From: the human T2T-CHM13v2.0 reference genome, Homo sapiens
Reading direction: 5' to 3' (one strand)
NCBI RefSeq assembly: GCF_009914755.1
Contig: NC_060942.1
Length of the DNA stretch: 64,000 nucleotides
The notes beneath the pieces were generated by a model. It did no database searches. It was given only the letters and a program-made list of their open reading frames with translations, and was not told where the DNA came from. The translations under genes and the position numbers were made by a program. Positions 14,428 to 28,043 of the stretch are shown here, piece after piece (position 1 is the first letter of the stretch; each line of letters begins with the position of its first letter).

Positions 14428-15044
14428 CTGAAATAGACCACTGCCCACAACCTGGCAGGCTGGAGAGGCTGATGACTGTGACAATTATAAGAGGCTAATT
14501 AGCACACCAGAACGGTGGTAACCTTGCCTTTCCTGTGCAGTCACCGTGCAGAGTTTTCTCCAGAAATTTCTCCGCAGCAATGTTACAGGCTGTTCTTTTC
14601 CACCGTCAGAGGTGAAAGCAAAATAGAAACTAAAATTGGAGTGTGTAGAGCCATCTGGATCAGATGTGGCACAGACAAGAAGGTCTGGCAACTTTTCCAA
14701 TCCTTGTCATGTAAAGACAGCTACCAGAGCCCAGAAAGCAAGCTCTATCAAAGTGGATAGAGGTGATAAAGGCGATTCTACACTATAATTTGTCCATCAA
14801 AAAGACCTCCACTAAAAACCCCTAAAAGCACTCAGCACTTCTCTCTTCGTGGTTCTATGCCATTTTGTTGGACAAGTCACAGTGAAACTTCTTGTATCTC
14901 TTTCTAGTAGGAGCTCTAGAAGAATCTCCCAGAAAAAGTTGCTGTGCAAGTTTTTCTTCTTTGAAAACTAGAGAAAGAACATTTAACACCACAATACTTC
15001 CCTTCTGGGCTCCTGAAACCAACTTGATATTATGGGAAAAACTT

Positions 15045-15260
15045 AGGCTTGGAAAGGACTGAGTCCCAGATCAGCCTCTTCTGGCTGTGTGTTCTTGAGC
15101 AAGTCACTTGCTCCATCTGAATTTCAGTTCCGTCATCTGCAAAATGGGCATAGTAATACTGATACCTGCCTTACCCAAACAACACAATCAATGAAATAAA
15201 GCAGGTGGAAGTACCTGATGCTATCAGCCACTCCGTATGTAAGTTGGTCCCTATTGTTTT
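15045..15260 (+). mobile_element. MIR
   Basis: ggctgtgtgttcttgagcaagtcacttg...tcagttccgtcatctgcaaaatggg core. Confidence 0.8.
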
Positions 15261-15679
15261 AAATGAAAATATTTTATTTTTCTGATGGAAAATTGTATTT
15301 GCTTATTCTAAAACTTTTCAGAAATTGTATGAAAATAGAACAGGGTAGAAATGGTTTCTCTTTTCAAAGGGATAACCACTAACAACATTGTGATATCTTC
15401 CCTTCCAGTCTTCCTTTAAGCACACACCTCCACTTCACAAAAATGGTGTCATACTATGCCAGTTGTTTGTGAAATGCAATTTTTATTTAATGTAATGTGA
15501 AAAAATGTAAGTTATTATTTTTACTATGAAAAGGAAAGTAACCAGACGCAAATTGAAGATAGCACAAATATACCCAGCATATGGCATTTCCCCACTGTGT
15601 CAAAGTGAATTATTCATAAGCATTTGTCAGAAATATCCAACATTACTGAGCTATTCTGGAACAACAGGGTACCAATTCT

Positions 15680-16045
15680 GAAGCAGAGATTGCCACATGT
15701 TCAATAAAACCTGTTTTGTTTCCCTCCTGGGCATATGGCAAAGCTATATTTGCTAGACCCCCTTGCATTTAGATGTGGTCACATGACTGAGTTTTAGCCA
15801 ATAGAACATGAGTAGAAGGAATCTGTGTCAATCCCAGATGAAGCGGTGAAGAAGAGTCTGTGCCTTTGCTGCGGAATCTCTCATCCTCTGCTAATTGAAT
15901 GAAAGGAGCCTATAAATCTGGGTCCTGGAGCAACCATGATGTATACCACATGCCAAGGACACACAGGTCTCAACATAACTAAGAAATAAACATCTACTAG
16001 GCTACTGAATTTCAGAAGTTTCTATTCCAACAGCTATTCTTACTT
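15680..16045 (+). mobile_element. MLT1J-like MaLR LTR
   Basis: ccttgcatttagatgtggtcacatgactgagttttagccaatagaa; aagaaataaac near the 3' end. Confidence 0.7.
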
Positions 16046-16876
16046 GCCCTAAAGAATGACACTTTTAATATACTTCCAAGTAATATGTATAGATTGAAAC
16101 TTGGAGTACATCCAGAACATTCCTGACATGTGGGCAGAGCTGAAAATCATTGAGTGTTTTAATTTCAGAAACGCAGAGAACGACTCTCCCTAGTCACTTA
16201 CTTGTTACAAATAAGTCTCTCCCTATTCCCTTATTAAAAATTTCTAAATTGCTGTTCCTAGAGACAAAGCCTTCTTTCTATATGTCAGATTAAGACTGAA
16301 AATGTAAATATCCCTCAGAGAGATAACACATTCATTCTACTCTAAGGTGTGAAAAGGGATATTATTTTTACAGCTAAAATGCAGGGTGAGGTGAAAGAAA
16401 GCAGATAAATAATAAGAGTCTAAAAGGAAGGGGAAAGTAATACAGAGAAAAAAAGAAAAGCTACCAAAATGCATTGTTAAAAGTTCAAATATTTCCAAGT
16501 TTTGTCTGAGATTGGTCATATGAAGTATGTACATTGAAGGCACATTGCCTAGTTTAAAGAATAGTAAAGACCATAAAGAAGGGTTAATGTCAGAAACTGT
16601 GAAGAGCAACCTAACAAGTTAGCCTACCATGGTATTTTGTGGATGCTGGCAGAAGACAGAAGGCTCTTAGATCAGAGACAAAGGACTATTCCCAGAGCCC
16701 AGCAAATAACATGAACTTCATATCTCTCCAGTTGCCCCTTGCATCCTAGTGCCCATGGGGATGATGTGAAGGCAGGTCAGGTCAATGCTGTACACCGAGT
16801 GGGCTCTGTGTCCCAGTTGAGGAAGCCAGAACTTGAGAAACCCTGTTATTTTATAATGGACTGTAAACAAACCTGA

Positions 16877-17560
16877 TGTGTCCAGAATTGGTTCCTTCTG
16901 GTGAGTTCTTGGTCTCCCTGACTTCAAGAATGAAGCCTCCGACCCACGTGGTTGAGTGTTACTGTTCTTAAAGATGGTGTGTCCAGAGTTTGTTCCTTCA
17001 GATGTTCAGATGCGTCTGGAGTTTCTTCCTTCTGGTGGCTTCGTGGTCTTACTGACTTCAGGAGTGAAGCCGCAGACCTTTGCAATGTGTTACAGCTCTT
17101 AAAGGTGGCGCATCCGGAGTTGTTTGTTCCTTCAGGTGGGTCTGTGGTCTCGCTGGCTTCAGAAGTGAAGTTGCAGACCTTCATGGCGAGTGTTACAGCT
17201 CATAAAGGTAGTGCAGACCCTAAGAGTGAGCAGCAGCAAGATTTATTGTGAATAACGAAAGAACAAAGCTTCCACAGTGTGAAAGGGGACCCTAACAGGT
17301 TGCCACTACTGGCTTGGTGGCCAGCTTTTATTCCCTTATTTGGCCCTGCCCACATCCTGCTGATTGGTCCATTTTAGAGAGCGCTGATTGGTCCTTTTTA
17401 CAGAGTGCTGATTGGTCCATTTTTAGAGTGCTCATTGGTGCCTTTACAAACCTTTAGCTGGACACAGAGCACTGATTGGTGTGTTTACAATCCTTTAGCT
17501 AGACAGAGAAGTTCTCCAAGTCCCCACCCGACTCAGAAGCCCAGCTGGCTTCACCTCTCA
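16877..17560 (-). mobile_element. LTR12 (ERV9) solo LTR
   Basis: tgtgtccagaattgg...tcacctctca, U5 repeats (ggagtgaagccgcagacctt), tandem ctgattgg boxes, exact 4-bp TSD ctga (16873-16876, 17561-17564). Confidence 0.95.
17320..17485 (-). promoter_or_regulatory. LTR12 U3 promoter: five CCAAT (NF-Y) boxes and AATAAAA TATA-like box
   Basis: ATTGG on + strand near 17363, 17386, 17411, 17434 and 17475; gcttttattccc near 17324-17335; standard ERV9 promoter layout; activity not shown. Confidence 0.6.
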
Positions 17561-17611
17561 CTGACAGACATTTTTGTCCTGGAAAATGGCATTACTTTTA
17601 TTATACTAGAC

Positions 17612-18987
<1,376 letters not shown>

Positions 18988-19289
18988 TAGCTAGACAGTG
19001 AAAACATCTTCCATCTGCTCCAGAGAGGGACAATTCTGTTTTTCAAGGCTGTTTGCTATGTAATAATCCTTGGAAAGTTAGCCTAGATCAAAGTACATGT
19101 TCTCTTAAGACATGCAAAATCGTGAGAGATCCATGGAGTATTGTCTCCAAACAGTTAATTTCAATACATATATTTGGCTGTTAAATGCTTACCACTTCAA
19201 AACTGAAACACCATGTAGTATGTTGATGGCTTTAAATAAAGATGTTTATATAACTACAAAAAAGATAAATTAAAATGTGCCATGGAGAT

Positions 19290-19540
19290 AGCATATGGCT
19301 AAAAGCAAAGTTTTGGAATGAGACACTCTTAAAATTGAGCCATATTTCCATCATCTACTACCTATGTGACTTCAGGAAAGTTGCTTGATTTCTTTCCATT
19401 TTAATTTTTTCATCAGTAAATTGAAATAATACAAATCTCAAATATTACAGGAATCATAAATGGTATCACGTAAATAAAGCAGATCAGTACATAGCATACA
19501 GTTAGTTCTCAGAATTTGGTGCAGATTATTATTACTTAAT
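19290..19540 (+). mobile_element. MIR
   Basis: gcatatggctaaaagc...tgtgacttcaggaaagttgcttgatttctttc...catcagtaaattgaaataat. Confidence 0.7.
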
Positions 19541-19995
19541 CTCTGAATAAGTCATATACAAATATTCCTTAAACACTTACCATTTGGTTTACACTGCATT
19601 AAAGACAGTGTTAGTGATAATGGAAAAAGATGTAAGAGAGCCTCCATTCTCAAATAACAAATTACACTATAACAATGGAAACAAAAGTAGCACAGACAGA
19701 ATTTCATGGATATAGTACCATATACAATCAGTACCATAAATTGCTAGAATATAGATTCCATGGAGGTAGGAACTTTTTCTCTAGCTCCTTAATAGTATTC
19801 AGCACATACTAGGCTTTCAATAAAATTGTTGAAAGGATGTTGAATAAAATGATTAGAGAATGACTCCTTATTTCGCTGTAAATCACTGTGAACTAGAATA
19901 GCCAGGGAAGGCTTAGTGAAGAGAATGGGACTTGGGCCGTGTTCTCTGAAGTTTTCATGAAAGAGGAAATGTGAAAAATGACAGCATCTTTTCAG

Positions 19996-20164
19996 CCCGC
20001 TACAGCAAACACAGGGCTTCTTGCAGTAAAAGTGGAAGTTATCATTTTAGTAAGTCTTACCCATGCTCAGCTCAGCAGAGCAGGGCAGCATGCTGGCTGT
20101 ACCACCTGCTTACAGGATGAGTGTGCTGTGGCTGCCGGAGAAGAAGAGGAGACACAGCAGGGAG
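19996..20164 (+). other. Candidate exon A of a spliced lncRNA/de novo ORF (in-frame ATG at 19978 if it extends upstream)
   Basis: tcttttcag|CCC acceptor; GAG|gtcagc donor (phase 1); open frame PATANT...EEETQQG; unique sequence. Confidence 0.45.
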
Positions 20165-20254
20165 GTCAGCTTGGACAAAGTCTCTGCCTGGCAGGGAGGG
20201 TGGATGGTCTCAGGAAGTTGTCTGGATGTGTACATGAAGCAAGATTTTGGAGAA

Positions 20255-21080
20255 TTTTTAACACCATTATTGAGGTATAACTTGCATACTATAAAATGCA
20301 CCAACTTTTGCTTTATCGAGTTAAAAGTACACTTTATACTTAAAGTATAACTTGTACAATTAATACTTTAAGTATAAAGTTTGGTGAGTTTTAGCAGATG
20401 TATACAGCTGTGCAAATATTCCCATAATCCAGTTTTAGAACAGTTCTATCTACCCCAAAATATTTCCTAAGGTCTTTTTTTGCAGTCAGTCCTTGACCCC
20501 CACCCCAGGCAAACAACTAATCAGTTTCTGTCTCTACAGTGTTGCCCTTTCTCGATATTTTACATAGATTCACATAACATATGTGGTTTGTGAGTGGCTT
20601 CTTTCATTTGGCATGGCATTTTTCAGGTTTTCCTATGTTGCAGCTTGTATCAGTAGTTCGTTCCTTTATATACTTAGTGGTATTATATTGTATGTCTATA
20701 CTATATTTTCTTTATCACACAAAATATGTGATTGGATTATTTCCCATTTAGATAAAAATCTGTCACCTTTATCCCCCAAATTCAGATTTTTGCCTCCAGA
20801 TCCAAGGAGAGCACCCCTCCTGGCAGCAAAGCTGCTGACTTTGTGCTCAATATCATCTTGAAAACCTTCCCTTTCCACCTTAAGGACTAGGAGGTGAGAA
20901 GGGCTCCCTAGGCAAGGTCATCTGTCCTTTCCTGGAGGTCTATCAGTTTTTCAAGAACAAATGCTTCAACTTTTCTGCCCTGGTCAATTTCTAGTGCCAG
21001 AAAATGGTTGTTTTTGACAGTTTTGACAGTTCTATCGGAAGAATCACCAACCTCTTTATGTCACTTTAACTGGAAATTCC
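20255..21080 (-). mobile_element. Old L1M (3' end at 20255-20740 abutting a 5'-end-like piece)
   Basis: ttattgaggtataacttgcatactataaaatgcac is a typical antisense L1MB/MC 3' end; 20760-21080 resembles an L1M 5'UTR. Confidence 0.6.
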
Positions 21081-21274
21081 TTTCTTCTAAAGGATGTTGA
21101 AGATCAAGATACAAAGTTTGATTCTCTGAGGATCAGAGTCAAATAACCTGTGTGTTACTTTAGAGATGTCAGCATGGGGCATAATGTGCAGTCAGTTGGA
21201 GGGGAGCAATTTCAACCAGGAAATTCATCATAATAATCAAATAGGACAGGTTTAAAACTTCTTAAGTGAATTAG

Positions 21275-21567
21275 GGCTAGGGCAGTGGCTCATGCCTGTA
21301 ATCCCAGCACTTTGAGAGGCCAGGAGGGATCACTGGAGGCCCGGAGCTACAGATCAACCTGGGCAACATAGTAAGAACCTGTCTTTACCAAAAAATAAAA
21401 AATAAAAAATTACCTGGGTGCGGTGGCATGCACTTACAGTTTCAGCTGCTTGGGAGGCTGAGGCAGGAGAATAGCTTGAGCCCAGGTGGTCGGGGTTATG
21501 GTGAGCTATGACTGCACCACTGCACTCCAGCCTGGGTGACAGAGGGAGACTCTCAAAAAACAAAACA
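21275..21567 (+). mobile_element. AluJ
   Basis: Dimeric Alu with J-type diagnostics (gcttgagcccagg, gagctatgactgcacc). Confidence 0.9.
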
Positions 21568-22169
21568 GAAGTTAATTGAATTAATATAATGCAATTCAAT
21601 TCCATGGTTTTTTTTTTTTTTTGTCAAGTTCTCCTTCACATGGCAATGTTTATGCTATTTCATACATTCTTTTTGAGAATATGAGGTTCTTTCGTTTTTG
21701 CTCATTACTCAGGTTCTATGCATGCCCATATAGGTCAAAGTTTGAAATTACTAACAGCATGCGAGGATGTCCATTATCACAAAATACCTTGAAGGCGCTA
21801 TGCTTTCTTTGGTCTGTAAGCATTTGTGTATACTGTGTCCTTTGCTTAGTACTCTCTTATGCTCACCTTTTCTCACCAGGCTGAATGCTATCCACCCTTC
21901 AGTCACAGTTTGATATCATATCCTCCTGGAGCCCTTTCATGCATGACATCCTGAGGGCCTTCCGATGCAGTACCCAACCATATTAAAACTGTGTATTTGC
22001 AGATCTATTTCCCTTATTAGATTTAAAGTCTGTGATGGGAGGGCCCAGGCTGCATGGCTCACTATTATAGTCCAAAAATTTGGTGGACCTTCAGAAACAG
22101 AATATGTGGTTGATCAATACATACAAAATTGTTTTAATGGAAAGTTGCATAGGATTATTGTAAGAGGAC

Positions 22170-22340
22170 CAACTCCTCATGACCTTTGGCAAATTACTTA
22201 ACCTTTCTAAGCCTCAGTTCAATTTTGAAAAACAGGGTTGATCATTACACATGTTGTGAGGATTAAAAGGAGAGATGCATTCAAAAGCTGTTAGCACAGT
22301 GCCTGGCATATAGCAAATGCTCAGTATGTGCTAACCATTC
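22170..22340 (+). mobile_element. MIR
   Basis: gacctttggcaaattacttaacctttctaagcctcag...gcacagtgcctggcatatag. Confidence 0.85.
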
Positions 22341-22362
22341 ATCAGGAACCAATTACAGTCAT

Positions 22363-22790
22363 TGTTGGTGGCATGGGAAAAGTGCCTGCTGCTCAGCTCT
22401 GCTGTGGGGAGCATAGCTGACCACGACTCCTGGCCGCTGGGTTCTCTGGACTCCCACCATGTTAATGCCAAGCCCCCCACCCCAAGGCTTCTCCCAGCCA
22501 AGGACTGAGCAGTGGGGCACTAGTGCAGGGCCACTCCTGCCAGACAGGTGACTTCTCTTGAGGACTCTGATTCAGCCAGGTGGAACATGTCCTGAAACTG
22601 CTCTGTAGCTGATGCTCTTTCTTCCCTCTCCTCCACTGCCCTCCACCCCATCTCCTTTCATAAGTGTCAGACCACGCCTCTTCCTGCACATTCCTACTCT
22701 TCCTATGGTCCCTCCTGGCATTTTTTCAATAAATGCCCTGCATGTCAGATCCCACCGTGCTGCCTGCTTTTTGGAGGATTCAGACTAACA
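22363..22790 (+). mobile_element. 5' LTR (LTR16-like) of an ERV-L-class provirus
   Basis: cccagccaaggactgagc, aataaa, ends ggaggattcagactaaca; followed by PBS-like tagttggttccag. Confidence 0.75.
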
Positions 22791-25669
22791 TAGTTGGTTC
22801 CAGTGTGGGTATTAAAAAACAGGGCTTGAAGAGAGAGCTTGGGGCTACCTCACTCACTGCCCAGTAGACAAGATGGATATCATGCTGAGTGGAGTGGGGC
22901 ACACATAGACCCTCACATAAACAGTGGCCCAATTGCTGCAGAACTCTTTGTTGTTGACTTGGGAAAACATCCTGGTGGAGGGGATGCCCTTTCCAGGGCA
23001 ACGGTTCAGATACTTGAAAGATATGAGGAGCAATTGCTACTAGGATGGCAGAGCTGGCTGATTATTGCTAAGTTGTATTGAGACTCAGCAGAGGCGTAAT
23101 GAGAAACAGAGGGCCAGGAACAAACAATTAAAAATAAGAGTGAGAGCCAGAGGGCCTTTTTGGTCTCTTTCAAAGAGCCCATTGTCTCCTGTAGTGAGAG
23201 GTCTGACTCAGCTCAGGAGCAGGTTCACTTGATGAGACAGAGCTCCGGAGAAGTTTACATGCTCAGCCAAGGCAGTCTGTGCTAAGTTTGGAGCCTTGGT
23301 TGAGAAAACCTGGCACCCTGAAACGTGGGATATGACATCCAGACAGGTGTTCCTTGGGAGTTTGACTCTGTGGAACTTAACCCTCAGAGCTTGCAGACGT
23401 GATCTACCCTTCTCTTCTAGCGGCTAGCACTTCCTCCGTGCTAGAAGATGGTGCAGGTCCCCACAAAGGTATCGTGCCTCCCTCAAGAGCTACTCTCACC
23501 TCTTCTCCTGGGTGCCAGGCTGATAATAGAATTAAAGCCCAGCATATACTAGGCCTGAGAAAGAAGGAAACAGATTATATACTGAAGGGACTACAAAATC
23601 AAATTGCACATAGCAGTAATCACTAAGGCAGTGTCCCTGGGAATGGATTTTTCAGGGTGCTGGATGCAGGGGGCCAGGGAGACGCCACCTGCATCACTAA
23701 AGTGGCAGTGATAGTTCTGCTCTGATGCGAAGACTGAGAGCAGGAGAGGCTTCTGCGGGGCTGGGTTTATTAATACCTATGTGCTCAAGGGGTTTGGGGC
23801 GTGAGGACCATGTGGTGGTGCTTACCTATCAGAATCTGGGATGCTGGAGCTCCTCTAACAACTGCAAAATTCAGAGGGGTAGTGAATATGAATTGACTCA
23901 CATGGAGGTATGGAGATGGTGACTAGAGCTCAGCATCCCTAGAGGCAAAATACTCTGGCAGTCAACAAAGAAGATGCTTATCTTTGTAGCCAGACAAAGG
24001 CAAGAATCACACAGCAAGAGGCTGAGGGCAGTTGCCTCAATAAAATATCATAATCACTTGTTCAGATCCAGAATCCCCTAACTAGATGGCAGGAATTTCC
24101 AAAACTGTAGCCAGTATACATTCAAATGTTTCCCCATTTTTTCTTTCCCAAAGGGACTTATGGTCATTACTTTGGTGACTCTACTAGGGAAAGAGAAATA
24201 CTCAAACATACTGGAGACTCCTGGACACCGAGCCTGAATTGGTATTGATTCTTTGAAATCCAAAGCATCATCAGAAACCATTCAAAATGAAAGAGGGGTT
24301 GAACATCCAGATAATAACAAAATGACTCAGTCCGTTGACATTAGCTAAACTTTGTCATCATCACGATGAGCATGTGAATGTAGTGGCCACAGTGACAGAG
24401 ATGGATGCTACATATAAGGCCCAAAACATGAATTTCTACTTATCTAGGCTGATCTAATGGCTGTTGTCTCTGAAGGTCCAGCCTGTCAGTCACAGACACT
24501 AGTGCTCTTCCCTGAAGTGACTCTCTTCCTTGAGAAGACCAACCAGCATTTGGTGGCAAGTTGACTACAAGAGTCCCCCTCTATCTTGGAAAAGCCAGTT
24601 GTTTATTCTTATAGGAATAGAACCCTATTCTGGTGTTAATTTCGCAGAGCCTGTTTGCAGAGCCTCACTCAGCACCACTAACTGGAACTTACAGAATGCC
24701 TGATCCACAGGCATGGAATCTCACACACGGCACATCCAGCCAGGGCTCCCACTTCATAGGGAAGGAGATGAGTGAGTGGACCCATGACAATAAGATCTGC
24801 TGCTTCTGTTCCATACCACATCATTCAGAAGCAGTCAGCCTCAAAGAATGATGGAATGGCATCTAAAGACATAAATGAAGCACAGCTCAGAGGCAACATT
24901 GTAGATGGATGGGGTACTACCCTTTAGGATGCATGCAAGATTATATGCATTTAATCAAATACCTCTATATGGCATTGTGTACTCAATAGAAAGTCTATAT
25001 TAATCTGGAAATCGCAAGGTGGAAGATGGGATGGCCCCACTTACTCTCACAAATCCTGCTGGGAGATTTGGGGTTTCTCATCCCTTTATCTCTGGGCTCT
25101 GCAGCACTGGAGGTCCTGGTTGCCAAAGGGGGAGTTTTCTTTCTAGAAGACACAGCTAGGTCCCATGGAACCACAAGCTAAAGCTGCTCCCAGAGCATGC
25201 TGGACTCCTCTTGTCCACGGTCCAAGAGGCAAGGATTAGTGTCACCATCTTGGCAGAGGTAAAGGATCCTGATTGGTAGTAGGGGTTGTAGCCACCTTTA
25301 CAAAATGAGGGCAGGAAGGAACACCTGTAAGAACCAGGTGATCTCCTCTGGCCCCTCTTTTCACTCTCTTGTTCCTTGTTACTGTTAAAGAACACATGCT
25401 GCAGCCTCAGCCCAAGAAGTGCCCAAGACTCAGACCTTGCAGGAATGACAAGTAATAGCTAAGAGTGTGGGCAATTTAGAATGAAAAACAGACAAGGCCA
25501 AGGATGAGGACCAGCTGAGACGCTGAGATTGACTGCAGGAGCTGAAGTTTGTCCCACTGATCTCTGCTTCCAAGTTGCCTCTCAGGAAGAGTGGCCAATG
25601 AGAACCATGGAGGAGCTGCCCGTGAACCTGCGTGGAGAAGTAGATCAGTGCAGCTCAAGGAGATGACTC
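22791..25669 (+). mobile_element. ERV-L-class internal region (ERV3-16A3-like), decayed gag-pro-IN-dUTPase, RT apparently deleted
   Basis: Translated remnants: gag ALVEKTWHPETWD (23293), protease RLLDTEPELVLI (about 24216), integrase WWQVDYKSPPLSWKSQLFILIGIEPYSG (24551), dUTPase PWNHKLKLLPEHAGLLL and VTILAEVKDPD (25160-25275). Confidence 0.85.
23388..23468 (+). other. Candidate exon B (81 nt, phase 1-1), inside the ERV gag remnant
   Basis: cttaaccctcag|AG acceptor; AAG|gtatcg donor; continues exon A frame as ELADVIYPSLLAASTSSVLEDGAGPHK. Confidence 0.45.
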
Positions 25670-26080
25670 TGATGGCTGTGAAACTGCACTGCTCAGCTCT
25701 CTTACTGCAGGGAACATAGTTGATTGACAAAGCAGCTACTCGTGCTCTAGATATACTACCACATGCATGCTGAGGCTGCACTACCCAGCTGCTTCCAGCC
25801 AGACAGTGAATGTGGTGAGGGTATTAGTGCAGGCCCATCTCTCAGAGATGAAAGGCTCAAGGCCTCTCTGTCAGCCTGATGGAAACTTCCTTAGAACTGC
25901 ACTGAAGTCTGAGATTTTTCCTAGCCCAATCCTTCCTTCTACCTCTCCTTTCTCATATTTGAAACATTCACCAGTCTGAAGGCTGTCGTTATGCATTCCT
26001 GCTTTCTCCTCTGTATGCTTCACAGGCATTCCTCCAAAAATCTTTTGCATATATAACTCAGTGTTGACATCTCAATTCAA
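25670..26080 (+). mobile_element. 3' LTR (LTR16-like) of the provirus
   Basis: Follows a purine-rich tract; shares motifs with the 5' LTR (gctcagctct, tagtgcagg, ctcctttc). Confidence 0.7.
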
Positions 26081-26399
26081 GTTGGGATCAGACATTCACT
26101 CCTCAGTGTGAAATCATTTCTGAGTTTCCTAAAGGTAGGTCTAGACAAGGAAAAAGCAAAGCCAGAATTGGTTCCCTCATGTTGGACCACAAGTAGTGGA
26201 AAGGCACAAAATGAAGTTTGAGATATTGAGATTAAGCCTGGAAAGCTTCACAGTTCTGTTCTAGTTGGGGCCCTGCATTTTCTTGAGAGCTGCAGATGAG
26301 CATTCTAAAGGCAATCATTTTCTAGACAACATGTAGTTTTTTGGCTTTTAGTTTTGTGCACATTAAGGATAGAGAATATAGCCCCTTGTTACTAATAGT

Positions 26400-26670
26400 G
26401 TGAGTCCACACCAGCAGTATTACAGTCACCTGGAGGTTTGCCATAAATGTGCATCCGTGGCCCTATCTCAGACATATGGATCAAAATCTGCTTTAACAAG
26501 GCCCTCAGGAGACGTGCGGACACATTGAGAAGCATGGTATGGCTCAGTGGATAAGACAACAGTCTGGAAAATTGGCTTAGATTTCTGTCTCTGCCACTTA
26601 CTGACAAATTGCCTAACATCTTTGCACTTTAACCTCCTAATCTGTTGCAGAGAGGTAACTCCTGCCTATT
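26400..26670. mobile_element. MER5-like MITE followed by a MIR
   Basis: cagtcacctggaggtttg...tttaacaaggccctcagg...ttgagaagca; then ctctgccacttactg MIR core. Confidence 0.6.
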
Positions 26671-26804
26671 TTTTCTCTTATTCCCAGTCTTTGTTTTTAC
26701 TCCTTGTATTTTCCCTAGGCATAATCTTTCAATTTTTCTGATATGTTAGCCTTCTTCAATCATTTGTACTCTTACTGGAAGCCTTTGCCTAGGGGGAGAG
26801 AATG

Positions 26805-26895
26805 TACATGCACATATACATATCTAAATACATGTATTTAGATGTATTTGGATACATATGTATTTAGATACATAAATACATGTATTTAGATGCCA
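26805..26895. repeat. Low-complexity palindromic (tacat/tattta) repeat
   Basis: Perfect palindrome atctaaatacatgtatttagat plus degenerate copies. Confidence 0.8.
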
Positions 26896-27342
26896 GCATA
26901 CACACCCAACTTTATTTATTTCAATAAGATTGACAAAAGATTAAGCTTATCTTAATGAATAGGGAAGTTATTTGACTATTTAAATGTTTCCTGCACATGC
27001 CAGACAGTCTGGGCCAACATCTAAATGAATAGCCAGTTTGTATGTGACTGGTTTAAGCAAAGTTTGTATTTTTATCAATCAGATTCTAAGTAATCACTAC
27101 ACTTTGCTTTTTTTTTTGAAGAGCTAAAATGACTAGTTGATAATACATACAAATCATTCTCCCTGCAGTAACCCAAACATCGTGCTTCAGTTTCCTTTTT
27201 ACAAAATGAATGCTTGCTCTAACTTATCTCTATGGGCTCTTCCAACTATAAAATTCTATGATTCTAATTCAAAGAGTCATCAGAACAAAACACTTGTTAA
27301 ATATTTAAGGCAGAGAAACATGATTTAATGTGTTTTCTTCAG

Positions 27343-27354
27343 GTCCTGCCTTAG
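27343..27354 (+). other. Candidate 12-nt microexon (phase 1-1, adds GPAL)
   Basis: tgttttcttcag|GTCCTGCCTTAG|gtatgt. Confidence 0.3.
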
Positions 27355-28043
27355 GTATGTCCAACTGAAGAGCAGACATGACCCAAGCAGCCTGCCAAAT
27401 TCTCATTTCATCCCAACAAAACCCAGTCTCTCAGAAATTCCAGGACAATCTGGACAAATGCTTTTAAGCAAGGTCTTTAAAATTTTAATCCCAGGCCTCA
27501 TTTCAACTCAATTATTTATCTCATTGCAAATGTCTAACATCTCTATCAATTTTCCAAAGATAATTATGCATGAGGTTTGGACCCCAAAATGAAACTCTTG
27601 GCTTTTGAGGTTGATTTTTAAATGAAGCTAGAGAGCAAATTCAGATGCCGAATTGAAATTTACAAGAATGTGTAATTGACTCACTTAACACTTTCATAGA
27701 GGAGAAAAACTTTCCTTTTCTTGTAAATTCCATAAATCTTGATGGAGCTGATAATCTAAATTCTGATTCATTGTTTTATCCTGAATTAATCACACAAAAT
27801 TTCAAATTTAAGGAATAACTAATACCTTAGGGATTGCATCAACAGCTCCTAAACAGAAATAAATTGCTTTTCTCTTGAAAGGTAAAAATATATGTCTACT
27901 GTGATTTGTTCAGAACCACAGACATTTAACTCTCAAGGTGTTTTGCCATTTCAGTCAAGATTTAAGATTTATGGTTACAATAACAATATGTCATATTTAC
28001 ATATTTGCTACTAAATTCTCATTTCCTGCTTGCTTGGTTACAG

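Noticed and set aside
16900-17490. Regularly spaced repeats resembling a CRISPR-like array
   Set aside because: These are the intrinsic U5 and U3 tandem repeats of LTR12; the DNA is eukaryotic, with no unique spacers or cas genes
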